Source of the DNA: a virus
Lineage: Duplodnaviria > Caudoviricetes
Direction: 5' to 3' (one strand)
Virus record (IMG/VR): IMGVR_UViG_3300028048_000059
Location: 1-64,000 of that record
DNA: 64,000 nucleotides
A program made the translations under genes and the position numbers. Positions within the stretch are counted from its first letter, which is position 1, and each line of letters starts with the position of its first letter. Of this stretch, positions 48,701 to 62,200 are shown piece after piece. The notes under the pieces were generated by a model, which saw nothing but the letters and a program-made list of their open reading frames with translations, had not been told where the DNA came from and ran no database searches.

Positions 48701-51700
48701 ATTAAATATAAAAGTAGACGAAAAAGGTAATGTAGATAGTGTTATATATACAGCTTCTGATGGTTCGCAGTTGGAATTACCAGAAGATTCTCCCAGCCAA
48801 TGGTCTGATTTAATCGCTGAATATGAAAATAACGTAGCAATTGTTGCGCATACTGGTGGCTCGGCGAAAAAAGTTAATAAAAACAGTAAACTCATAACTC
48901 TAACATTAGAAGATGGAACTGAGATCAATGGCGTTCTTACCTCAGACGGTGATGGTACATATACTGCATCATATGGAGGAAAAAGTGCTACATTTGATCA
49001 TCCTGGTGAAGCAGCAGAGTGGATACGTGAACAAGCGCGTGCAGCAATATGGGGCGTTGGTAATCGCGGCGGTAAAAAATTAAACACCGAAACTGGTACT
49101 ATCGAAACATATTATACAATCACTGGAAAAATTGATGAAGATATTGAAGAACAAATTCAGACTGGTGACATTTCAGAAGAATTACAGAAAAAAATTGATG
49201 AAGGAGTTGCTAGCGGCAAAGCTTTCGAAATTGGCGGTATTACTTTTGATGCTGGCACCACACAGCAGGAAGTAATTGATGCTTTTAATGAATCTTTGCC
49301 AGAAGATCCATATGCTACATTAGTGCAACAAATTGCTGACGGTATTACTGCGGCCTTTACTCAACATAGCACAGAAATTGCGAAAGCTTTTTCTGATGGT
49401 ATTTCCCAAGCAGTAAAAGATGCTATGGGCGGAGGTGAAAATCCTACTACTACCGTCCCAGAATCAATTGATTTTATCTCCGTTGCTGGCTTAAGCATCA
49501 TACGCGCTTATGAAGAAGACGGCACGATATCCTATGCTTTTGCTGATGATCCTAACAATACAATGACGCGGGAAGCCATGGTCGCGGCGATAAATGAAAA
49601 AATTACCAATGATGAAGGCGAAGGCGGTATTGATGCTGGCACATTAGATAATGTTTTAGCTACTGGTTCTGGTGGTTTGAATTTTAAAGCTAATTATGAC
49701 CCAGATACTGGCGAAACGACTTGGACTGTTAGCGGCATTGATGGCAAGGGCGCATTTACAGAGGAAAATATCACCGCAGACCAAAAAGCGCAGTTAATTA
49801 AAAGTTTGTCTACTGGCGCGAGCGCAATAGTAAATTTAGGAGATAGTGGTAAAGTAATTGTAGCACAATCTACTAATGGTGTGATTTATACAGCGATTTT
49901 AGAGCCAGATGAAAATGGTATTTACTCTATGACAATGCCTAGCGGTTCTAAATGGACTAGTAAGAATCCGCAAGTTTTATTAACTAGCTATATTAAACTA
50001 AAACGTACAGCAGATAACAAGGCTTTACTCGACTCTTACGCTAATGATGCTGGTGCATCGCCAGATGATGAACCGCTACAACCATTGAAGTTTAGTTATA
50101 CTGTTGGAATGGAAGAACGCACTATAACGGTTCAAGATGAAGGGAACGGTCTTTTCTTGGTACAAGGCTTTGGAGATCCTATACATACTTCTAATCCAAT
50201 AGAATATATTAATAATCAATTAGCAAGCCAAGGTATATCAATTGATCAGTTGCAAACAGTGCCAGATTCACTTGGTTATATTCCATTCGAACAAACTATT
50301 GATGGCATTACTTATAGAATTGTAAATAAAGGTAATAATAATTATGGTTTCTATTCAGATGATAATTTGCTTGGCACGCTTACTAGTACTAATTTAGAAA
50401 TATTTTTAGACTCTATAAAGGCAAGTGCTAAAAGTAGCGCTCTTCAAATAACAGGCTTCTCTGTTAATGAAGAGAATAATTTATTAATTGATTTTAAATA
50501 TCCAGGTTTAAATTATGATATACAATATGATGCTACAAAAAATCAATGGTTAGAGAACGGTACACCACTGACAGGTGTAACAGATTTTGATTCTGTCATT
50601 GAGCATTTTAAAGAGGAAGCCAAAAAAACAGCTGGGTCAACAACTAGTGAATCTCAATCGCAAGATGTCGATTTTGAAGTCAAGGGCGCCATTACTTTTG
50701 ATAATGACACAACACGAGAGCAATTAATTAATTTTCTCGCAGCATTGCAGTCATTATTGACTGGGCAGCCATTACATGTAGGGGTTGTCGCGACACCTGT
50801 GAACCACCTTAATACTGATTTATCAACAGCTGATGATATATCTGATAGTAGTGGTATTTGGAGTGGCGCGGGGTATAAAAATGCAGCAGACTATGCCACC
50901 ACTTTGGCTGATATTGTGCTTCATGGTGGACAATTGGAAAAATTAGATTTTAGTAATTTAAATGTCCTAAATAATTCTGGCTTAGTTACTTCTGTTACCA
51001 TTGGAGAAAATGAATATACAATTGCTGATATTTTAGAAAAAGCTGAAGAGAATGCAGATGGCGTAACTTCCATGCAAGATCTAGCGAACGCTTTTAAGGA
51101 TATCGATGCTGATAATCTCGGAAAAGTTGCAGACGCATTAGCACTTATGGCAACCAACGCGCTAACTTTGAAAGACATTCCTTGGGTCACTATTGCAGAA
51201 GGTATTAATAATTTAGTGCTAAAGAAAAAGCCTAAACCAGAGGGACAATCTAATCCAACTACACCAGAGAAAGTTGGAGACGCCGCAACACAAAAAGTAG
51301 AAGAAATTGTAGAAGAATATGAATTGGATGTCGAAATTCCAAATCTAGCAATTACAGCGACTTCTGCAACTTTAACTGCAACCGACCTTACTGTTACTGG
51401 TGGGCAAACAACACCTACTCCTGGCGGCAATGCAGGTGGTTCAGAAGGAGATAGTAGTGGCGGCCCCACTACTTCAACATCTGTTAGCATAGATACTTCT
51501 GCTGCACAAGCATCTATTGCACAATTGGCTACGTCAATTGGATTTTTAGGATTAACATCCCTTACATCCAGTATTTCCGTAACTGGCTTACAAACTGCGA
51601 TGGGGAAAATTCCTACTGAGGCAGGCTCTCGTGTTGGGTTTTTGGCAGAAAAAATGGGTACTATTCCATCTGGTAAAAGTACCTACGTATCTTCTTTGGC

Positions 51701-54542
51701 TACCGCTATGGGTAAAATACCCACTGGCGCGGCCACTGCTGTAAATAATGTTGCGAACGCACTTGATAAGATAAAGAACGCAACCGTTCGTCTAGTGTTA
51801 TCTGTATCAGTACAAACGTCTGGTACAGGTGCGAAAGGCACTGTTACTAGTATTAGCCGCGGAACAAAAACTGGTACTGCATTTGGTACTGCTGGCACAA
51901 TCACATTAACCAATGCAAAAGGCAATGTAGCTCTCGCCGCGGGCCGCCGCACATTGATGGGCGAACTTGGACCAGAGCTAGTCGTTTCCAATGGTCGCTA
52001 CTTTGTTGCAGGACAAAACGGCGCGGAATTTGTTAATTTGGATGACGATGCTATTGTATTCAACCACATGCAAACTAAGCGTTTGCTTTCACATGGTTCT
52101 TCCGGTCGTGGTAAACCAATAACCAATGAGCGCAACGCAGTCTCATTTGCTACTGGTAATACTAGCGGCCCAGCCATGGCATCTGCAAAGCAAGCCATCG
52201 CGCAGCTACAAAAAATTCGTGCCATGTGGCAATCCATGCTCGATGCATCCGCGAAAGACCTAGGCGCGCAAGCCGGTAAAGGCGGCGGAGGCGGCGGAGG
52301 TGGAGGCGGTGGTGGAGGAAAAGACGATAACAAACTCCCCACCAATGTTGTCCATGATCTTGAACGCTGGTATAACTTAGAGCGGCAGATTGATTTAATT
52401 GAGAAGGATATTACTTATCAAGAAAAATTGCAAGATCGCATGTTAAATGACCGCATTGCTAATGGTAAGGAAATTTATAATTCTTATGTGCAAGAACTTA
52501 ATATGTTGCGTAATCAGATTTCGGCACAAAAAGAATTGGCTGCTCTACAAAAGAACTGGTATGACAGTAAAATGGAAGAACTTAATAATTCTTTCTATGG
52601 ACTTGTTTATACCTATAATGAGAAGGGACTGCAACAGTACGTTTCCGATGCGCCAGGTAGCAATCGTGGCTTAGATATTCTTGCATCGTTGCAGACGCGC
52701 GATACAATGAATAATCCTACTGGACATGCAGTTACTGCACAAGAACAAATTAAGTTCTTGATGGATATCGCGCGGCAAGCTGATATTGATGGACAACAAA
52801 ATGATCAAAATTTTGTTCCACATTTTGTGCAAGATTTACAAAAGCTCCTTGTAAAGGATGATGGCTCACGTATTGGCACTAGCATCGATATGAATGGCAT
52901 CATTAGTGGCCTTGAAGAAGGCACTGAACAAAATGATGCGCAAGTCGAATGGATGGAAAACTTCTATGATATGCTAGATGGCTATCAAGAAGAGTTAGAT
53001 AGTCTGTATGATGCTTATCACGATACTCAATTAGACATTCTTGAAAATCAAGTTAAGCTGGAAGAATACGTACAAAAAATGTACGACAACCAGCTAGAAG
53101 TTGAGCAAGAGGTCCTAAAAGCCATTGAAAATCGTCAACAAAAAATGATTGATACTCTGCAAGATCAACGTGACGCATTAGATGAGGCCGCGAAGAAATT
53201 CACAGACGGCTTGAATGAACAAATGCAACGCGAACAGCAGATGTATCAGAATAGTGAAAATGACCAAGAACTGTTGAAGTTACAACGTCAACTCAACATT
53301 CTACGTCGTTCTGGCGGCTCTGCTTCTCAAATTCGCAATCTAGAAGAGCAGATTGCAAGCAAGCAACGCGATTCCTATTTTGAGGCGCAACAACAACAAA
53401 TTGATGCAATTCAAGAAGCTTCGGATAAGGAATTGGAGAGATTGGATGCTCAACTTGATATTATGAATGAGACATTAGAATATCAGAAAGAGCATGGTCT
53501 ATTCTGGGATGAAGTCCAACAAATTATGCAAGGCACAGAAGAAGAAATTCAACATTTCATTCAAGCCAATGGCGAAGAATGGGAGAGTAAATCTGGCTTG
53601 CAGATTCATGAGGATTTGGTTGAACTTGCCGATAAGATTGGTATTTGGGTTGGTTTTAGAGACGATCCTAATAAAGATCAAAACTTGGATATTAAGGATT
53701 GGACAACCTTCGATACTGCATATAGAAGCTACTATGAGAGATTGGGCATGTCCGACACTGATTGGACAGGCGCGGTCAAAACTGCTCATGAAGAAGCCTT
53801 AAAAGCTGGATACGACCCTTGGCAGGCCAGCGTTATGGCGCGCAATAAAGCTGATAAATTGGTTGGAAAACCACCAGTAAGCGATCAAGGCGCTGACAAA
53901 GATAAGGATGCGGCCGCGAATGCAACCCACTATGAGGACGGTCAGCATGCATATCCTGTTATTTTAGCTGGCGGTTCAGGTTTGTTTGCTCATAGGTTCG
54001 ATGATAAATCCCGCATTCGTAATTATGACGCAGGTTCTGAACTTATTGCTTATCCGAATACAGCATATGGCCCTGGCAATCATTTTGTTTGGGTACATGA
54101 CCCATCAACTGGATTGTCTGGTTGGATGTGGTTCAATGGCGGCAACATTAAATATAAGGATAGCGGCAAACCACTATACAGTTATCGCACAGGTGGCCTA
54201 ATCGACTATACTGGCCCCGCATGGGTGGATGGTACAAAGTCACAACCAGAAGCCATATTAAATGCAGAACAAACTGCAATCCTACGTTCTACCCTATTAA
54301 GCGGCAAGAGTTCATTACCTTATGTGCTATCTGAATTAACTAGCATAATAGATGAAACAAGTCACAATAATCTATCAGGATTGAGTGGCGGCGGCACTAT
54401 TATGATAGAACACGCAGAAGTGAACATGAACGTTGGTTCAATTGCAAACGATTATGACGCACGTCGTGCTGGTGAGGCCGCACTTGATGAAATGGTGCGA
54501 ATTGCGAGAAAATCTGGCAGTCGTAGCGTAACAAGGAGGTAA
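39747..54542 (+). CDS. Tape measure protein, spliced (39747..41825 + 43059..54542, ~4,520 aa)
   Basis: TP901-type core (VDVYSGLAANTAVS, TRESASNIGSAMKSI). The join reads AGNR-QQSRF. MGELGPEL and YRTGGLIDYTGPAWVDG motifs. Confidence 0.9.
42012..42040 (+). promoter_or_regulatory. Intron-internal sigmaA promoter
   Basis: TTGACA-N17-TATAAT with TG. Confidence 0.8.
42062..42985 (+). CDS. Intron-encoded double-HNH homing endonuclease
   Basis: Two HNH units (VHHKDGNRLNNNLENLEW; INHIDGNKKNNKVSNLE) plus a NUMOD1-like end. Confidence 0.88.
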   Translation: MFKKIILDGETTRWSVDESGRVRNDETGHFLTGTILHSYRYINFRWNGKQKNKSVHRLVAEAFLPNPENLPYVHHKDGNRLNNNLENLEWVTEQDNRLEAIMPQGYKKYDGTKIEGEQWRYFRDSVYQVSDYGRVKNTKTGKILKGTASDCGYIRVDLQLAGQKRRKFLVHQLVYECFVSPEFDVINHIDGNKKNNKVSNLESVSHKENLQKAANETNAWHFRKVAQYDLEGNYIRTFLNASDAGRAMGILPSSMRNCIRLRGGKHKNFIFKYIDEDEASSTISEESRVNSPKCVAHTSGEDMVKTE

Positions 54543-54549
54543 TGGAGTA

Positions 54550-56268
54550 ATGCCGAATGAATTGATTGGCAATGAGGAGTGGAGTAATTCCACTCCTCAT
54601 ACCCAAGTTTGGATGGCGACGCATGATAAGAATGATGAAAGACTATCAGATGCGCGTCGCTCGTTTATTAGTTTTAGTTGGGGCGATAAGTGGATTGAAG
54701 ATTTTGGGCTTATTGCTACCATTTCTGGTGATAGGTTACAAAGAACATTGTATGGGCAATTCAATAATTTAACAACCACATATGATGTTATTGATGGGCA
54801 ATTCTTTTGGGGATCGCACTTTACTACCAATAATTTGAATTTTACCTTATCTACCGATGGAATTACTGATAGACAATTGGAAGAATTTCGTCATTGGTTT
54901 AAGCCTGGTGTAGAGAATGAATTGGTATTAGCCGAACACCCCAACCGCGCGATTATGGCAAGAATGGAGACACAACCATCTTATTCTTTTCTTCCTTTTG
55001 AAGAGAAAACCGAGTGGGGCTTTTCGACTACGTTGTATAAAGGCGATATTAATATTAGTTTTGTAATGGATGATCCGTTTTGGTATAGTAAAGAAAATAT
55101 TATTATGTCGATACTAAAAGCAAAACAATCTAGTTCTTCATTATATTATAACAGTCCATTTAGTGGGATGCAAGTTGAGAGCACCATTACTTGGCCCTAT
55201 GTTGAAATAGATACTGTAACTCGCCCATTAATAAATAATACTTATGCACGTATTACGGCAGCATATGATGATAATATGAATTTAATGAGCATATATGACA
55301 TCGATGTAGACGACCCGATGGCAGATGTTAAATATATTAATTTAAATGATTTTAGTCCTCTTAGTGAAAAGATGAAAATCATTTTTGAAGATAATACATA
55401 TGTTAATTCTATGATCACAATTCCATTAGAAGATAATAATTTTAAGCCCGCATGTTTTGGCAGCGAACAAAAGAATTGGATGATAAGCGCTTCTCAGACA
55501 TTTAGTGATAAATTAGCTAGTACAGAGAACGGCGCAAGATTGTACTATCCCGGCACTGCTTCCGGACGTCCAATTATTGATTTTGATATTGTCCCTAAAA
55601 AAGACGATAACGGCTATATAGTAGAGCCGCGCAATCAGATAGCGGAAGATAGCGATAAGGCCGATGATGAAAAATACAACTATCTTTCTATCGGTGATGA
55701 CAAAATGTATTTCACAACGCCAGGCATTTGGACTGGTTATAATCAAGCGCTTCAAATTATCGATAATTTTGAAGAAGGCAAATCATTCGCTGATTTGCGT
55801 GTCGCTTTTATAAATGGCGTAAATGAATACTATTCTCGCGCTTGGGCTGTTGCTTGTATGGAACAAGCTCGCACAGCAAACGTGGACACGCCATTGGAGG
55901 AAATACAAACAACCGCGGCGAATCTGCAACAAATGCGTAAGAATATGTTATTCTTTATTGATGCAGAACAACCAGCACACTTTTCTTTTGATTCTAAAAC
56001 TGGTGTGGCAAGAGGCACATTTAACGCATTAAAATTGGCCGCGGACGTTTCACATGAAATCGAAGGGTGCGATATTAACCATACTACTGAGAATATTACT
56101 GAAAATGTTGGTGATATGTTACGCTCTAATTTCTTAATGATTAATGGACGTAGCACTACTGATATGTCTACTATGACAGCACAAAATTTATTGCCAGTAA
56201 CAACCAATTATTCAACTAATTTAACGAATCTCAGTATTCAATATAAAAACTTATATCTAATGAGTTAA
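54550..56268 (+). CDS. Distal tail protein (Dit-like)
   Basis: Follows the TMP; FISFSW..IEDFG, YKGDI..FV.DDPF. Confidence 0.7.
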   Translation: MPNELIGNEEWSNSTPHTQVWMATHDKNDERLSDARRSFISFSWGDKWIEDFGLIATISGDRLQRTLYGQFNNLTTTYDVIDGQFFWGSHFTTNNLNFTLSTDGITDRQLEEFRHWFKPGVENELVLAEHPNRAIMARMETQPSYSFLPFEEKTEWGFSTTLYKGDINISFVMDDPFWYSKENIIMSILKAKQSSSSLYYNSPFSGMQVESTITWPYVEIDTVTRPLINNTYARITAAYDDNMNLMSIYDIDVDDPMADVKYINLNDFSPLSEKMKIIFEDNTYVNSMITIPLEDNNFKPACFGSEQKNWMISASQTFSDKLASTENGARLYYPGTASGRPIIDFDIVPKKDDNGYIVEPRNQIAEDSDKADDEKYNYLSIGDDKMYFTTPGIWTGYNQALQIIDNFEEGKSFADLRVAFINGVNEYYSRAWAVACMEQARTANVDTPLEEIQTTAANLQQMRKNMLFFIDAEQPAHFSFDSKTGVARGTFNALKLAADVSHEIEGCDINHTTENITENVGDMLRSNFLMINGRSTTDMSTMTAQNLLPVTTNYSTNLTNLSIQYKNLYLMS

Positions 56269-56281
56269 AGGAGGAGACTGC

Positions 56282-59200
56282 ATGATACGTAATTATGAAG
56301 TCTCTGTTTGGACGCTTCAAGACAGTTTTATAACTGTCTTGAAGCCTGACAAATTAGAGAGTAAAGGACAAATCGAAAATGCAAAAATGCATTTAGTGAA
56401 TGATGGAACCGCTGAACTATCATTCACAATTCCTATGTATTTAGGGCATACGGAAAATACTTATTGGTATGATGAAACCAATGAGGCCGCGCCAACAAGA
56501 GAAAATCCATTATGGCAAAATACAGTGAATGGCGTAATTCTTGCTGGTATGCGGAAAATTAAAGTTATTTTTAATAAACAAACAGAAGATGAAGCTGTTT
56601 TTGAATTTGTTATAACAAAAGTAACTGAGCGCCACGAGAAAGACGAAAAGTGGTGCGATGTTGAATGTGAAGGGCTAGCGTTCCACGAATTGGGAAAAAA
56701 TGGGTATAAAATTTCTTTAACAGAAGAAACCTACTATAATGATTATGAGGACTGGGCTAAGACTGAATATACCGAAAGCGAAGAGGCGGCCCACATGGCG
56801 GCCGAGCCACGTAACAATATTGAGTATTGGCTACATAAAATATTTGATGGCACTGATTGGAATTGGTCAGTACAAATGGATTATGCTAACCACGATGGTA
56901 TTGTCTATCGTCTTGATTTGACCAATTCTGCAATAGATCATGCTTGGGTTGATTTAAGTAATATTGCTGATGAAGAATATCATGACACCAAATTATTGAC
57001 TTATTTTGACCTAACAAAAGAGCAACAGGCTGTTGTTAATCAGCGCAGAGAGAACATGGGACTATGGCGCTGCGATAAAATTTATGAAGAAGAATATGTG
57101 ACGGAATGGGATGATGATAGTCAAACAAACTCTGTTCCGTTTGGTAGTTCTAATTATATTACTAATGCTAGCATTGGGCCGCTAACAGATGTTAAAATTA
57201 ATATAAAGCAGGTACAAGAAGCCGAAGAGTCATCTTCGACTAATAATAGACCAATTAGTGGCTGGACGAAGGCTAATATTTATATTGATTCTACACATAC
57301 GACTACTGCACCTGCAAAGACAATAGAATTTCCTGAGACTGTATATGGAGGCACTCTCGATGTTACTAGTGGCACGTTAACTGTTACACAGTGCGTGGAT
57401 GTGTTTGATGGCAGTGAAAAATGGACGTATGCAGGTATGGCTGGATCACGACCTTATTATTCCACGGCCACTACGAATTATTATCTAAATGTAAAAAAGG
57501 GCACTGGCGGGGTTAGCGCGAATTGGTTACCTGTTATTGATGATGAGCAAGATCAAACTTATACTCTTAGTTCGGTACGATTGCGTTCTTCCTCCGCGGC
57601 ACAAAATATAGTTTTTTTCATAGTTGGTAGCGATTTGCCGAATATTACTGATGCAAGTACATTGCAAGCGTATTTAAAAGAACACCCATTGCAAGTAAGT
57701 TATCCTATAATGACGCCAAAAGTACAAACTATCAATCCTACTTCTATCACTACGCCAACTAGTAATTCATATATTTGGTCAGACGCGGGTGATATATCAG
57801 TAATATATCAGACGCAACCAACAGCCATCTTCCCCGGAGCAGTCGAAAAAGCGAAAGAAAAAGAGCGCCTTATTAACTGCGAAGAAAGCAATATTTATAA
57901 TATAACACAAGACCTTGCAGAAGCATTTGGAGTTTTTTGTAAATATAAATATTACTATAACGATAATTATCACATAACTGGCCGCGAGGTAATTTTTTAT
58001 AACACATTTATCCAAGATTCAACAGGTGTTATTGATATAACCTATCCATATGATACAGGGAAAATTACTAGGGAAATGGATAGCGCGGATGTAGCTACGA
58101 AGCTGTATGTAAAAAAATTAGAAAATAGTAATACGGCATCAGGATGGGCTACAATAACTGATACCGCGATAAATAAAACGCTCGAAGACTATATTTTAAA
58201 TTTTGACTATCTCTATACAATTGGCACAATCACAGAAGAGCAATATGCTGAGATACCAAAATTTGAAACAGACGTACGTAAGCTTAATTTGGAAATGCTA
58301 CCAAAAGAGCAAGAGTTAGATTTACTACAATTGAAGTTGCCAGAAGCTGAGGCCGCAGTAACAGTATTAAACAATGCAGTAGCATTAGATCAAGAGCGCA
58401 TTTCTGCGAATGACGACCTTTTAAATAATTTAACGAATGGCACACAAATATTACATGTAACCGCAAATAGACCAAATCTTTCTTATTTGGTTCCAGATAA
58501 GGATGCAAAAGAAGACGAAAAGCCATATAAAATTATTTTGCGAGAGAAAGGCATTATTAAAGACACAGTGCATGTATATAAAAAATGGGAACTTTCTAGC
58601 GCTCAAACAACAGAGAATACAGAAGGAACTGAAAATACTGAATCAACAGAAGATACCGCTACTGAAACAGAAACTACTACTGAAACGGAAACCACTGGCA
58701 ATGAGTCTACGCCAGCCAATACGGAAGAAGAAATCGGTCGATACACCTTAACGGAAGAAGTAACCTATTCTCCCAGATTCGATGCCGATGGCAACTTAAT
58801 TGCTCTGGCTAATTTAGCAAAGAGTGATGACGAAAGCTCTCTACGTTATATTACTTATGATTATAGGCCAGCATTGTACTATGATAATATAAAAGAGTCT
58901 TGGGTGCGTAGGCTTAACGATGATGAAGCAAATCGTGTTAAGGCGCAAGCAGAATTAGAAACTATACAAAACCGCATTGAAGTTTTAAAAGCAGAATTGG
59001 AAGCTTTGATGATTCAAAAAGACAACCTCTTAAAATATTTCAATCGCTTAATGGGGCCGGCTCTTAGAGAAGCTAATTGGCAGCCCGAAGACGAATATGG
59101 TAAGTTTGGCGCTAAATATAATACAAAATTATCTTTTAGCGATTTTAATAAAGATACACTAATTCAACTCTATTGGGACGACGTTGGTTTTGAGGACGAA

Positions 59201-62200
59201 CAAAAAAATACATATGTCATTGGCGCCGCAGAACAAGTGACGCGGCATTACCCATGTGTGGAACTTACACAAGAATTCATTCAGAATTTTCATAATGGCG
59301 GTTATACCAAACTCTCTGATATTTGCTTTATTTTTACAGATGTGAATGCTGAACAAATTTCTGGGTCTGTAACTAATCCAGAAAATACCACAACATCGAC
59401 TGTTGATGAATTAAAATATTATCGCTATTATGCTATTGGTTCTCAAAGTCAATTGGCTTTTGTGCGCTCCAAACTTACTGGCGCGATCAAGCCAGTTTTA
59501 ATGCTTACTGGTATTGAAACCGTGAACATTTATGATGGGAGCGAAGAAGAAGAGGTTATTATTAAGCAACCAACACAAGAGCAATTAGAGACGTTTTTAA
59601 GTCATAATGCACAAATTGGGCATATTGTTCCTGTATACAATGCTGAAACTACACAATTTAATTATGATATCAAAACAGTCCAATCCTTTAATGGATTTTT
59701 GGATACAGAAGAATACGACACAATTGTGTTCCCGCGCATTCGAGTAAATAGTTTGAATTTAAAAACAAATTCAGATGAATTGAATGTAGCGTTGCCGCCA
59801 TCTGGCGTTAAAAGCAACATACCACTTTCTGAATATGTTGACTATTATGTTACACCACGTGAAAATGAATATTACATCACATTGCGGCCCGATGTATTCT
59901 ACATGAAAGCACAAAAATTGCCAGATAGTAACTTCTCTGTCAATTTAAATTGCATGATAGCTGACGCCGCCAGTGGTATCTATCTCGATGCGCTACAAAT
60001 TGCACGTGAGAATGCTTATCCAAAAGTTGAATATACCGTAGACATTTCAATGGCTAAGCAAGATTTTATGCGTGTTGCTTATTCTACTATGAACAAAATT
60101 GTGCATATTAATGATAATGAGCTGAAATTTAATCATGTGCAAGGGTACATTTCTGATCTTGATTTGGATTTGGATCATCCTTGGCAGGACAAGATAGGGA
60201 TTAAAAATTATAAAACCAAGTTTGAAGATCTGTTTGTAGATATCGTTGCGCAGACGGAAGCGATGAAAAAGAATTCACAAATTGCAGAAATTGGTGGACA
60301 AATTTTCGCACCTACTGGTATGCTAACAAAAGAATCGTTACAAGAAGCCTTTGATGGCTATAATTTGCAGTATGAATTTAATAATGGCAAATTGATGATT
60401 GATGATAAAAATGGTATTTTGGCCGCCAGTGATGAAGGTGTGGTCGCATATCGTGGCGGCGGCATATTCACTGCAACTGAGCAAGACGATGATGGTAATT
60501 GGGTGTGGAATACTGGTATTTTGCCTTCTGGCATTAATGCAGATTTAATTAGAACTGGTAGATTAGATACTAATTTAATTAATATTTATGCCGGAGACAA
60601 TTTAAAGTTGCAAATGAATGGCACCGGATTGTATGCATTCAAGTCATGGTCCGATATGGTGGATTTTGCTAACGAAAGTGTTGCGAGCCAGATATTAGAG
60701 AATCTTGATGAGCCACTTAGCGATGCGGCTTTAAGTTATGTTGTTTTTAATGAAGAGGGGCTATTTTTAACAATGAATGACGGCGCGCCATATATTGATA
60801 CGGATGGCACGGTTCAAACATTAGATTTAGAAGCCCTAGAAAACCCTGTTGATAAAGTTAACCGCGTTGAAATAAGTTGGCGCGGTTTGATTTTAAGAAA
60901 TAATGCGAATGAGGAAGTATTTTATGCCGATCCTGATACGGGTAATTTAACTATTCAGGGCAAGATAACCGCAACTGATGGACAAATTGGACCTTGGATG
61001 ATTGGAAGCCGCAGTTTATATCAAACATTGGATACTAAAATAGAGAATGGCCAAGAGCAAGAAGCTGTTCCATTTGCTACAAAAAATACAATTTATCTTG
61101 GAGAGGAAGGACTAAGTATATCAGACTTATTTCAATTAAAAACGGAAGTTGTTCAATCTACTGCGATGGGCAGCACAGAGATAAAACGTATTTTAAGTGA
61201 TTTTAGTATTAATGAATATGTATTAACTGCTCCGACCCAAGAAGAAAAAGAAGAGGAACAGACAGAAAGCGCAAATACTGTACTATCGCCTATCTTTCAA
61301 ATTAAAAATATCCAAACATCAACAAGTCCCGCTTATCAAATTATTATTAATAGCGACGTTCAATTTGGCAATAATTTTGTATTACCAATTAAGAATGGTG
61401 GCACGGGATCTAATGATGGAACTGGATTATATTATAAAGTGAGTACAGAAGAAGCATTAGGAAACATAGAAGCAAAGAACGGGGATTTAGCTGTCGTTTT
61501 GAATGATGATAATAAAATTGTTTATACAAACTATACAACAGTTGTACATGAAGCAGGCGACTATTACGGACCATTTGATTTTAATACAGATAACAGTAGC
61601 TTCACAAAAAATCATAAAAATGGTGCTTTTGGAGGAGTCGCCGCATTGTGTTGGAACACACATTTAACAACGAATGAAGTCAAGGATGGTTATTCGATGC
61701 CAAATGGCGATAATTATGCTCGTTTAGGTTGGGTTCACAACGGCAATGATGTGTTTAATAGTGCTATTTGGCTACCTTTTACTACAACAGGCAATACAAT
61801 AAACAGCGGAATGACGTTAAAACTGACCTTTTATGTACAAAATAGATTTTGGGGAAACTCTAATTCACAGACTAACGGCGTTCATCAAATTAATGGATCA
61901 TCTACGGATGATAATGTCTTTGGTATCAAAATAATTGGTAGTGATTATAGTACTATTTTAGCATCTGGAAATTTTAAAGTTACGCATGAAGTAAGTCGTG
62001 ATTTTGAGCAACAAAAATTAGATTGTTATTGTAAGTTAATTAATAATTTAAATAAAAATGAACAAGCATTTTTGTTATTTTATGCTAATACAGGAGCAAC
62101 AAATAATAGTTTGACTTATTTAGATTGTAGCAACATTCAATTATTCACTGGTGCAAATCAACCCAATATACCGATGCTTCATATATATTCAAAAAAAGAT

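Noticed and set aside
43820-59356. Short antisense ORFs inside the TMP, Dit and Tal genes
   Set aside because: They are codon-bias shadows with no RBS or promoter evidence.
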